Below, in pieces: positions 50,706 to 59,554 of a stretch of DNA of 64,000 nt; the stretch's first letter is position 1, and each line of letters starts with the position of its first letter. A model generated the notes under the pieces. The model was given only the letters and a program-made list of their open reading frames with translations, did no database searches and had not been told where the DNA came from. This stretch comes from Gammaproteobacteria bacterium (GTDB lineage Bacteria > Pseudomonadota > Gammaproteobacteria > Pseudomonadales > Pseudohongiellaceae): positions 126,098-190,097 of the forward strand of contig PBYU01000016.1 of NCBI GenBank assembly GCA_002730035.1, given 5' to 3'. A program made the position numbers and the translations under genes.

Positions 50706-51544
50706 TGCAGCGATCTGTTTTCCTAAGCCATCTGTTCTGCGCCAGTCTGTTACTGATTGTCGCGCCCGGGGCGACCTCCCAGGTGATGCCGTTAGGGAAT
50801 AATGAAGATATGTCTATCTACGGGACTGATATTACGGAATTCACCTGGATTCGCGGTCAGTACAGCAATCACGGCGGCGGCCGCGGAGGATATGGATACA
50901 GGCGGCGTGGCGGCTGGTGGGATACGGATTATCCGGATTCCGATGAAAATTTCTTGAGAGGTGTACAGCGTTACACCAATGTAGATACCAATCCACGCAA
51001 TCACACTAATATTGAGCTAACAGATCCGGTTCTGTACGAACATATCTTTTTGTATATGAACTGGAAAAGAGTGCCAATTGGCTCCTCTTATTCCGGGCCG
51101 AATTTTCAACCCGAAGAGATCGAAGCCCTTCGCGAATTCATGTTTCGCGGTGGCTTTGTCATGGTCGATGATTTCTGGGGGCAGCCACATCTGAATGATA
51201 TGTTCGTGGAGATAGCCAAGATCTTTCCCGACCGTGAGATCGTGAAGCTGGACACCAGCCACGAGATTTTTCACATTTTTTTCGACATTGATGAACTCGC
51301 CCAGGTACCAGGTCGCATGGTGACATGGGACTTCGGTGGTTTCATGCGACTCGACGACCCGGAATATCCGCCGGAAGTTTACGCAATACTCGATGACGAT
51401 GGGCGGGTGATGATGGTCGCCAATTACAACACTGACCTCGGCGACGGCTGGGAACATACCTTCTATGAGGGCTATCCTACCAAGTACACGAACGAAGCCT
51501 ACAAGATCGGCATCAATTTTTTAATCTATGCATTTAGTCACTGA
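50705..51544 (+). CDS. DUF4159-family protein
   Basis: It has a signal peptide and the WWDTDYPDSDENFLRGVQRYTNV block characteristic of DUF4159. It lies directly upstream of moxR. The GTG start overlaps the upstream stop (TAGTG). Confidence 0.7.
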   Translation: MQRSVFLSHLFCASLLLIVAPGATSQVMPLGNNEDMSIYGTDITEFTWIRGQYSNHGGGRGGYGYRRRGGWWDTDYPDSDENFLRGVQRYTNVDTNPRNHTNIELTDPVLYEHIFLYMNWKRVPIGSSYSGPNFQPEEIEALREFMFRGGFVMVDDFWGQPHLNDMFVEIAKIFPDREIVKLDTSHEIFHIFFDIDELAQVPGRMVTWDFGGFMRLDDPEYPPEVYAILDDDGRVMMVANYNTDLGDGWEHTFYEGYPTKYTNEAYKIGINFLIYAFSH

Positions 51545-51560
51545 ACGACAGGAATAACAA

Positions 51561-52595
51561 ATGTCAGAAGCAGAATCAGAAGAAGTATTGGAAATTGAGA
51601 ATCAGGATGATCTCGCGTTAGTTAAGCGGATGCAGGAAGGCAGGGAAAAAATTGTTGCCGAGATCAAGAAGATAATTATCGGACAGGAAGAGATTATCGA
51701 TGAGCTACTGATTGCCCTGTTTGGTGGTGGCCATGTTCTCGTTACTGGTGTTCCTGGATTGGCTAAGACGCTGTTGATTAAAACTGTCGCAGACATCCTG
51801 CAGGTGGATTTCAGTCGCATCCAGTTTACTCCCGACCTGATGCCAGCGGATGTGGTTGGGTCTGAAGTGATTGATGAAAGTGACGGCACGCGCAAGTTAA
51901 AGTTCGTCAAGGGTCCCATCTTTACCAATATCCTACTGGCCGATGAGATTAACCGTACACCCCCCAAGACCCAGTCATCCCTGTTAGAGGCCATGGAAGA
52001 ACGGCAAGTGACAGCGGCAGGCGTGACCCATGTTATGGCCGAGCCCTTCTTCGTGTTAGCGACCCAAAATCCCATCGAACTGGAAGGTACCTATCCCTTG
52101 CCGGAAGCGCAGTTGGATAGATTCATGTTCAAGATCGAACTGGGCTATCTGTCCGAGGCCGATGAAATAACCGTAGTAAGGCAAACCACCCAGACCCATG
52201 ATACGGCACTGGCTCACCCCCTGGGCGGCGAGGATATCCTGGAATTTCAACGCATCGCCCGCCTGGTGCCGGCCGCGGAAGCGGTGATTCAGTATGCAGT
52301 GAGGCTGGTCCATGCATCGCGTCCGCAGAGCGATAAGGCACCTGATTTTATTCGAGACTGGGTCAGCTGGGGTGGTGGCATACGTGCGTCGCAGAACCTC
52401 ATCCTCGCCGGCAAAGTCAGGGCACTGCTGCTCGGTCGTTACAACGTCTCCTACGGCGATGTGAGGGCTTTGGCTCCTCCGATATTGCGTCACAGAATCC
52501 TGCTGAACTTCCATGCGGAGGCAGAAAGAGTGACTACCAACGATGTGATTCAACGCCTGCTGGAGGCGGTACCTGAGCCATCTTCCGAACTATAG
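51561..52595 (+). CDS. MoxR-family AAA+ ATPase
   Basis: Walker A is GVPGLAKT and Walker B is ILLADEINR. The MoxR-type blocks RIQFTPDLMPADVVG and FFVLATQNPIELEGTYPLPEAQLDRF are present. Confidence 0.9.
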   Translation: MSEAESEEVLEIENQDDLALVKRMQEGREKIVAEIKKIIIGQEEIIDELLIALFGGGHVLVTGVPGLAKTLLIKTVADILQVDFSRIQFTPDLMPADVVGSEVIDESDGTRKLKFVKGPIFTNILLADEINRTPPKTQSSLLEAMEERQVTAAGVTHVMAEPFFVLATQNPIELEGTYPLPEAQLDRFMFKIELGYLSEADEITVVRQTTQTHDTALAHPLGGEDILEFQRIARLVPAAEAVIQYAVRLVHASRPQSDKAPDFIRDWVSWGGGIRASQNLILAGKVRALLLGRYNVSYGDVRALAPPILRHRILLNFHAEAERVTTNDVIQRLLEAVPEPSSEL

Positions 52596-52613
52596 CAGCT
52601 CGAGCGATTCCTT

Positions 52614-53507
52614 ATGTCTGAATCACTGAATTTTCTGGACCCCAGCGTGCTGGCTGGTCTCGACAATCTCGAGCTGCGGGCCCGTGTCGTCGTGGAAGGT
52701 TTTCTCGCCGGACTGCACAAGAGTCCCCACAAAGGCTTCAGCCCGGAGTTTAATGATTATCGCCACTATCAGCGTGGCGATGACATGCGCCATGTGGACT
52801 GGAAGCTGTATGCCCGCAGCGACAAGTTCTACATCAAGCAGTATGAAGATGAGACGAACGTGCGATGTGTGATCCTGCTGGACACCAGTGCGTCAATGGA
52901 CTACAGCTCAGGGGGTATGAGCAAGTTAAATTATGGTATAACCCTGGCCTCAGCCCTGGCGTATTTTGTTATGCGGCAGCGCGATGCGGTGGGTTTAATT
53001 ACCTTCGATGATCAGGTTCGAGATTATATTCCGACCAAATGCCGGCAACCGCACCTGATGCACATCTTGAGGACGCTCTCACAGGTAGAGTCCGGATTAA
53101 AGACGGACGTGGTGAAACCACTGTCTGATCTGGCAGCATCGCTGACAAAGAAAAGCATGGTGGTGCTGATCACCGACATGCTGGACGACGAGGAACGCAT
53201 CATTAATACTCTGCAAAATATCCGTGGTATGGGCAACGATGTGATTACCTTTCAGATCATGGATGATGCGGAGCTGAATTTTCCCTTTAACGAGGCCTCG
53301 GAATTTATCGACATGGAAAACAACGAGTCCTATATCACGTCGCCAGCCGCGATCCGTAAGGCCTATCTGGAGAATATCAACGAATTTCTGTCCTATTGCC
53401 GCAAAAAATGTCAGAGTAGCGGCGTGGATTACTGCCTGATGAATACCGCAGAGCCTCTCGATGGGGCCTTGTCCTCCTATATGGCAAAACGGGCGAAGAG
53501 TTTCTAA
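52614..53507 (+). CDS. DUF58 protein (vWA-like, MIDAS DTSAS)
   Basis: The GFSPEFNDYRHYQRGDDMRHVDWKLYARSDKFYIKQYEDE block is typical of DUF58. It follows moxR. Confidence 0.9.
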   Translation: MSESLNFLDPSVLAGLDNLELRARVVVEGFLAGLHKSPHKGFSPEFNDYRHYQRGDDMRHVDWKLYARSDKFYIKQYEDETNVRCVILLDTSASMDYSSGGMSKLNYGITLASALAYFVMRQRDAVGLITFDDQVRDYIPTKCRQPHLMHILRTLSQVESGLKTDVVKPLSDLAASLTKKSMVVLITDMLDDEERIINTLQNIRGMGNDVITFQIMDDAELNFPFNEASEFIDMENNESYITSPAAIRKAYLENINEFLSYCRKKCQSSGVDYCLMNTAEPLDGALSSYMAKRAKSF

Positions 53508-55531
53508 TGGTATTTCTGACACCCCTGTTCCTGCTGGGTTTATTGGCCGCGTTGATTCCCATCGCGATTCATCTCATTCGTCGGGAGAAGCCACCCAAGC
53601 TGATGTTCAGTACCATCCGCTTCCTCAAGAAGACGTCGAAGAAACTGATTCTGTTTCAACAACTGCAACAGATCTTACTGTTACTGTTGCGTTCTGCCGT
53701 TATCGCCTTGCTGGTGATTGCGTTTGCCCGACCCCTGTTCAACCAGTCAATTGCCAGGCTGCTGGATACCGATCCTCAGTCCGCCGTCATCCTTCTCGAT
53801 ATTTCGATGAGTATGCAATACGGAGAGACTTTCACGCGGGCGAAGGAAGAGGCGCTGGATCTTCTCGACAGTCTGACGTCGGGGGATGAAGTCGCTCTGA
53901 TTGCTTTCTCGGATTCTGCCGAGATTGTCAGGGAACTGAATACCGATAGTGACAGCGTTCGCAGCGTCATCAACGGACTAGAGCAAGCCGGTTTCGGTGC
54001 CACTCGTTATATGCCCAACCTGCGGCTTGCAGATCAACTGCTGGAGACGTCTCGCTATGAGAATCGGGCGGTGTACCTGATCTCTGATTTTCAGGAGGCT
54101 GGCATGCAAGAGGCCGAAGAAGGCTGGAAGCTGGCGCCTGGCGTCGCCTTTACCGGCATCGATGTCGGTGAACTCGAGAGCAGTAACCTGGTATTAACTG
54201 ATGTGCGTTCACCGGAACAATTGCTCGAGGATGCCAGCGAACAGCAGATTCTCGCCAGAGTCCGCACAACCGGCACGCTGTATCTGGATCAGGGCGAAGT
54301 CTCCCTGAGTATCGATGGGAAAATGGTGGATCGCGTCCCGGTAGACCTTGGCGATCGCTCGGAAGAAGTTATCGCCTTTACTACCGTGTTCGATACCGAA
54401 GGCACCCACGTCGGAGAGGTCAGAGTGACTGGCGACGAGTTTGATGTCGATAATGCCTATTTCTTCACGGTCGATGTGCTGCCGAAGATCCGCGTCTTGC
54501 TGGTTAACGGTGAAGCTTCCGATAACTGGTTCGATGATGAAGGGCACTGGTTTGGATTGGCGGTCAGCAGCACGGAGGAATCTCCTTTTCAGCTCGAAAC
54601 TATTGAGCCCGCAGCATTGACGGCGGCGGCACTGCGTCAGAATGATGTGGCGGTCCTGCTTAATGTCGGTGACCTTAGCGGCAACCAGGCAGACGCTATT
54701 ACTGCCTATGTAGAGACCGGTGGTGCGATACTGATTGCACCGGGCGACCGGGTAAATCCAGATTTATTCAATCGCCAGTTCGACGACATTGCACCGGCTA
54801 CGCTGCAAAGCCAGGATGTACTCGGTCGCGATGACTATCTGGTTATTGCCGATTGGGATCGGCGTCATCCCATACTACGGCCGCTGGACAGCGATTGGTC
54901 AGCCCGCTTTCAGGGGCTCTGGTCGCTGCTTCCCAACGCAGATGCCGATGTGTTGATGCAGTTCGACAACACCGAGCCGGCATTGGTGGAACGCGAAATA
55001 GGCGAGGGCAAGGTTATCCTGTTTGCCTCATCCCTGGACCTGGAATGGAATAATCTGCCGCTACAGGGACTGTTCCTACCCTTCGTCCATCAAACCCTGC
55101 GCCACCTCGTGCAGCCGCCGGTTAAACAGCGGGCCTATCAGATTGGGGACAGCTTCAGTCTCGACCAATCCGGGGAAGCAGAGACTGTCAGCGCCGTCGA
55201 TTCCAACGGCGATAGCATTGACTTCAGCAATGATGGCTACGTCATTACCGCCGCCACTCCAGGCATGATTAACGCCAGTGTGGATGGTGAGAATGCTCGC
55301 TTCGCGATTAATATTCTTCCAGCGGAATCGAATTTCACGAGAACAGCGGTCGCTACCCTGTATGATTCGATCATTAACCCCGATACCAATCCTATACAGT
55401 CACGGGAAGTTCAAACTGCGCAACTGATCGAAGAACTGGAGAGACCCCAACGAATCTGGTGGTGGATCCTGACCCTGGTGATGTTGCTGGTAATAACAGA
55501 AGCTGTAATCGCCAATCGTACCTATCGCTGA
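53507..55531 (+). CDS. BatA-N-terminal-domain plus vWA (MIDAS DISMS) membrane protein
   Basis: The N-terminus MVFLTPLFLLGLLAALIPIAIHLI is the aerotolerance-regulator N-terminal motif. It is followed by a vWA domain and a C-terminal TM anchor. The start overlaps the DUF58 stop (TAATG). Confidence 0.85.
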   Translation: MVFLTPLFLLGLLAALIPIAIHLIRREKPPKLMFSTIRFLKKTSKKLILFQQLQQILLLLLRSAVIALLVIAFARPLFNQSIARLLDTDPQSAVILLDISMSMQYGETFTRAKEEALDLLDSLTSGDEVALIAFSDSAEIVRELNTDSDSVRSVINGLEQAGFGATRYMPNLRLADQLLETSRYENRAVYLISDFQEAGMQEAEEGWKLAPGVAFTGIDVGELESSNLVLTDVRSPEQLLEDASEQQILARVRTTGTLYLDQGEVSLSIDGKMVDRVPVDLGDRSEEVIAFTTVFDTEGTHVGEVRVTGDEFDVDNAYFFTVDVLPKIRVLLVNGEASDNWFDDEGHWFGLAVSSTEESPFQLETIEPAALTAAALRQNDVAVLLNVGDLSGNQADAITAYVETGGAILIAPGDRVNPDLFNRQFDDIAPATLQSQDVLGRDDYLVIADWDRRHPILRPLDSDWSARFQGLWSLLPNADADVLMQFDNTEPALVEREIGEGKVILFASSLDLEWNNLPLQGLFLPFVHQTLRHLVQPPVKQRAYQIGDSFSLDQSGEAETVSAVDSNGDSIDFSNDGYVITAATPGMINASVDGENARFAINILPAESNFTRTAVATLYDSIINPDTNPIQSREVQTAQLIEELERPQRIWWWILTLVMLLVITEAVIANRTYR

Positions 55532-55695
55532 ATTCCTCAAAATCTACGTTTGACGCGTCGTTTCTGTGCTTGCATAGCACATTGCGAGACAGCCTGAGAG
55601 TTGAACTCCCGCAATATTGAAGACAATTCGAATTTATCGTGTTTGCACCAAGATGGCGCGCAGAAAAGTAAGCTATTGAATTCTAATAATTTTAA

Positions 55696-55722
55696 GTCAC
55701 AAATTGTCACAAAATTGTAACA
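55696..55722 (+). promoter_or_regulatory. Three phased GTnACA hexamers (GTCACAaattGTCACAaaattGTAACA) upstream of ORF 55801
   Basis: Direct hexamers lie at 55696, 55706 and 55717 (10- and 11-bp spacing). Related sites are GTTACAatttGTCACA at 56847-56862 and GTCACAAAT at 57133. Confidence 0.45.
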
Positions 55723-55800
55723 GGCCGTAAAATATTTTATTTTTTTATTGAATATTAGGAGGTTATGAGCAATAGTAATTCGTAATAAGAGCGCACAGAT

Positions 55801-56562
55801 ATGAAAATTATCGAAGTATTATTGCCGCCAATAGAAAGATTTTTACCCTTCGACGCTGCGAGATTTTTCGTACTAGCCATTTCTTTTGCCCTCGTAACAC
55901 TCGCAACTTTCTCCAATTCCAGTCTTGCTCAGCAGAATAACTTCAGTTCCATCGATTCAGGATTGGCTAGCCAGTTCCCCTTGCCGCTGGAGGTCCTGCA
56001 GCTCGAGTTCAGCCCCTATGACTATCGATTGGAAGAGCCGTTGAACGATATGGCTTTGAGAATGCAGGAGGCAAACGATCATGAAGCGGCGCTCAAGGTA
56101 TTCAAGAAGGTCTGGCAGGTAAACAGGGTGAATAATGGGCTGCTTCACAAGTCTCAATTGGCACTGTTGGAGAACATGATTAGCAGCGAGAGGGAATTGG
56201 GTGATTGGGAGGCGGTAAGCAAGCACTATGCTCATCTGGAACATTTGTACCGGCGGCTCTATGACATGGATGATCCACAGCTCGAGTCGGGCTTACAGAA
56301 AATTTCGGCCTGGTACGTTAGTGCTATAAATATGAATCGCGATGGCAAACGCATGGAGCACCTGCGCAAGGCGCACCAGATCTTCAAGCTTAGATTGCAA
56401 ATTGCAGAATTAACCCTGGCCGCAGATGATCCCAAGTTCGCATTTCTTCATGAGAGCATTGCCGTGAGCGAACATCAGCTCTATATGGCCAACATCCCTA
56501 AAGAAGTTAAACGAACTCGACGGCGAACCCAGCGCGACCGTTTGCTTGCTGGACTCGACTAG
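55801..56562 (+). CDS. Hypothetical membrane-anchored helical (TPR-like) protein
   Basis: 253-aa ORF with an N-terminal hydrophobic anchor and helical repeats. It is flanked by long AT-rich non-coding DNA. Confidence 0.55.
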   Translation: MKIIEVLLPPIERFLPFDAARFFVLAISFALVTLATFSNSSLAQQNNFSSIDSGLASQFPLPLEVLQLEFSPYDYRLEEPLNDMALRMQEANDHEAALKVFKKVWQVNRVNNGLLHKSQLALLENMISSERELGDWEAVSKHYAHLEHLYRRLYDMDDPQLESGLQKISAWYVSAINMNRDGKRMEHLRKAHQIFKLRLQIAELTLAADDPKFAFLHESIAVSEHQLYMANIPKEVKRTRRRTQRDRLLAGLD

Positions 56563-57335
56563 CCTCAAAGCGGCGTAATGTCAGCCGACTCTCTGCCTAT
56601 TTCATCAATTGAGAAAGCATCGCGGCAAAAGCGGTTAAACGGCGCAAGGTCAAATTGAGTTTCTAACAGAATTGTTGCAACGGTGGGAGCGCTAAAGAGG
56701 AAACCTGAAAGTCACTCAATGCTTTAGAAAAGGGGGGAACAAAGAAAAACTCCCAAGCTCCTTATGCTTAGCGAGACATATCCTTTATGCCGCCAAATCA
56801 TAAAGTGCAAAAATCTTAACATAGTAGTTTGTGCTTTTTTAAGGTGGTTACAATTTGTCACAAAACCCTATCCATGCGGGGTTCAGCAACGATTCAAAAA
56901 CTGGATTTCTTTCATCCGAATGCTGATTACGGCACTGTTTTCTCAAAATAAAATCGAGCGAGCGCTCTATATTTTCAAGTTCCGGGAGAATTCTCTGTTA
57001 TTGGAAATCTCAGCAAAGCCAGGTCGACTGTTGAATTGCCTGGCAAAGTGGGTTGCCTTAGCTGCAAGTGGATTGATCGGTAACTCCTTGTGTTTCAAAT
57101 CCTCAGTATTCAAGTTTTAGCTAATACAGCTGGTCACAAATATGCTGAATGTTTAGTAAAGCGCCATGTGTTCTTTTTATGGATTAATGTCGAGCATTGA
57201 AACCGGGACTAGCTTTGTTATTCGTAACTCACTCATTACGCCTGAAGACGGCTGTGGCCTGCGCGATTACTTTCGCTAATTCAATTGTTACTTAGTATGC
57301 TTTAGCTCCACTGTCAGGAGTCGATTACCACAGAG

Positions 57336-58470
57336 ATGAGAAGTTCGAATTTTGGTTACATACCCGCTCTCGATCACCTGCGAGGGTTCGCTGCGTTGCT
57401 GGTGCTGTTCTTTCATGGCTGTCACTTAATCTCTCACAAACTGCAAAGTAATGTTCCCTACGATCTGAGTTTCTGGCCGCGTGCCGAGAATCCATTTTCC
57501 TCATTAATCCTGGAAGGTCACACGGCCGTCTCTCTGTTCTTCGTGCTGAGTGCATTTGTGTTTACTGTAGGCTCGACTAATCGGGATCTGAATTTTACAG
57601 GATTCTATCGAAATCGATTGCTCCGTACTTATCTGCTTTTTCTGTTTTTTTCTCGCTCTTGGCATCCTCTTTAACACTGAAAACTTCAGCTGGGCTGGCC
57701 TGCTGCATTCAATTTTCTTCATGGCCAACAACGCCCAGGCGATCGATGGAGGTCCTCCTTTTACCTTCGTATTCTGGTCTATTGCCGTTGAGTGGCATTT
57801 CTACCTGTTATTCCCATTGCTGATTCTATTGGTGAAGAAGTTTGACTGGCATCTGTTGCCAATACTGATACTGGTATTTTTCACACTGCGCTACTACCTG
57901 ATGTTGCAGGGAGTTGACATGCTGGTTGTCAGTTACTGGACGATTCTCGGCCGGATAGACCAATTCCTGATTGGCATGCTCACGGGACTGTTTTATGTGA
58001 AGCATTTTGAACAGGGCAGGAAATTTGATGCTCTCGCATTTGTGGGTTTGATTCTGGTACTGACAGCCCTGTTTGTGTTCAATCAGTATGGCGGCAATGG
58101 CAGTAACAATGTCAAGTGGGCTATCTGGCTCACGATCGAAGCGAGTTGCTGGGCAATCTTCATAATCGGCTACCTGTCCTTAGGCAGACATTTTCCCGCC
58201 GCCCTCGGCAAGGGATTGGTGGCTCTGGGAACAGTGAGCTACTCGATATACCTTGTACATTACGTAGTGCTGGATTTTCTGATGGGCAGGGACTGGGATG
58301 TCTGGCTGCGAGTTGCCGATCCATTCGGTACTGCCTTGCTGAACACCACATTGATTCTGATGCCCCTGGTTGTGTTGATCTCTGCTGGCACCTACTGGCT
58401 GATCGAGCGGCCATTCCTGGTGCGCCGCAAGACTTACATGGTCAGGGCCGAGGCTATTGAATCGGCATAA
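57336..58470 (+). pseudogene. Acyltransferase-3 (OafA/YrhL-type) family gene interrupted by a +1 frameshift in a T7 run
   Basis: ORF 57336-57674 starts with the family N-terminus (IPALDHLRGFAALLVLFFHG). ORF 57721-58470 continues the family (FWSIAVEWHFYLLFP). Removing one T from T7 at 57645-57651 joins them in frame. Confidence 0.7.
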
Positions 58471-58493
58471 TATTTTATGTAGTATGCGCGACC

Positions 58494-58515
58494 TGTGCCG
58501 CTATAGCTCAGCCGT
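58494..58515 (+). repeat. 22-nt exact duplicate of the 5' end region of tRNA-Thr (TGTGCCGCTATAGCTCAGCCGT)
   Basis: It is identical to 58591-58612, which spans 3 nt of leader plus the acceptor 5' strand and D-arm of the intact tRNA 97 bp downstream. The first copy has no matching anticodon or T arms. Confidence 0.8.
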
Positions 58516-58593
58516 AGATAATGAGAGTAGCAGCTGGCCTTGTCAGCGAGGCACGGCAGGCGAAGAGGTTGCCTGATATAGAAAGCCCTATGT

Positions 58594-58671
58594 GCCGCTA
58601 TAGCTCAGCCGTGGTAGAGCAGCTGATTTGTAATCAGCAGGTCCCGAGTTCGACTCTTGGTGGCGGCACCA
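58594..58671 (+). tRNA. tRNA-Thr (anticodon UGU) with encoded CCA
   Basis: I folded the cloverleaf by hand. The acceptor pairs GCCGCTA/TGGCGGC, the D stem GCTC/GAGC, and the anticodon stem GCTGA/TCAGC with loop TTTGTAA. The T arm is CCGAG-TTCGACT-CTTGG, followed by discriminator A and CCA. Confidence 0.9.
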
Positions 58672-58763
58672 TTTTCCCTTCCGACTACATCCACTGTGAT
58701 CCAATACGGTCTACCTATTCTCCTAAAACCCCATAGTAATGGGATATTCTTGTCCAGTACGGT

Positions 58764-59120
58764 CTAAAGGTGTATTGCAGCTATCAACGCAAGTCGTTCC
58801 CTCTCTTGTTCTCTCAGGGTAGCAAGAGGTACTCGTGCAGCTCCGTGCACCCATTCACCAGTGAAGGTAACGACGCCGTCGGGATTAGTGTGCGTACTCA
58901 TACCGTGTTGTAGCCCATACTCCCAATTGCCTTCATATATATTTCCATCAGCGGTTGTCAAAATTCCCAGCCCATGGGGTCGTCTAGTCAGACCTCCTCC
59001 CTCAACTTCACCAACGTAAACACCCCCATTGGGATAATTTACAGTCTCAACTTGACCATAAGAAACACTTGCTAGGGAAATAAGCAGAAGAAAGAGGGCT
59101 GTAGAGGTAAGGAGCTTCAT
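58764..59120 (-). CDS. Secreted MORN-repeat protein
   Basis: It has a signal peptide (MKLLTSTALFLLLISLASVSYGQ). MORN-like repeats are present (YPNGGVYVGEVEGG, GNIYEGNWEYGLQHG, FTGEWVHG). ATG 59120 is preferred over TTG 59132. Confidence 0.7.
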   Translation of the reverse strand: MKLLTSTALFLLLISLASVSYGQVETVNYPNGGVYVGEVEGGGLTRRPHGLGILTTADGNIYEGNWEYGLQHGMSTHTNPDGVVTFTGEWVHGAARVPLATLREQERERLALIAAIHL

Positions 59121-59136
59121 AGTAACTCTCAAATAT

Positions 59137-59230
59137 ACCTAACCGTTCGTCCAGAATATTATGTAATAGCCCTAGATGGAACCAAATAGAACAAATGGGG
59201 GGTGCCCCGGGGGTGGAGCAGACGTTTAAT
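59137..59230 (-). repeat. Copy A of a 93-103 bp attC-/MITE-like repeat family
   Basis: The plus strand starts ACCTAACCGTTCGTCCAG and ends GTTTAAT. It aligns over its full length with copies at 61006-61108 (inverted) and 63565-63657. The GTTAGGT end lies 16 nt upstream of the MORN gene ATG. Confidence 0.7.
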
Positions 59231-59554
59231 GAGGCTCTGACGCGCAATAGCTGAATGACAGCTATCGACCCATAGCGGACAGTGGGAGTTTCCCAGAAAT
59301 CACCCAAATCTGCCTCTCCAAAACGGCCATTTAGGCCGCCAACTCTATTGTGCTAGACCTTTCCGTCAAATAACTAATAAGAAGCAGGACCTATCTATGG
59401 GTAAGCTGCTAGATGTGGTAATGCCGTGGAGCTTTGATGAGATTTGCGGACTTTCGAAGGCTTTCAATACTAGCAGGGAGAATTTTCTGCCAATTGACAT
59501 AGCTTTTGTTCTACTTATACTCGAAAGTTCACTCAAAACCCGTCGAGGTGCTCC

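Noticed and set aside
56764-57120. 118-aa ORF in the 770-bp AT-rich spacer.
   Set aside because: The composition-driven sequence is rich in Cys, Phe, Lys and Asn, has no SD and matches no family. I treat the region as non-coding, though an sRNA or a decayed gene cannot be excluded.
58521-58736. 71-aa ORF spanning the tRNA-Thr gene.
   Set aside because: It reads straight through a well-folding tRNA cloverleaf, so it is spurious.
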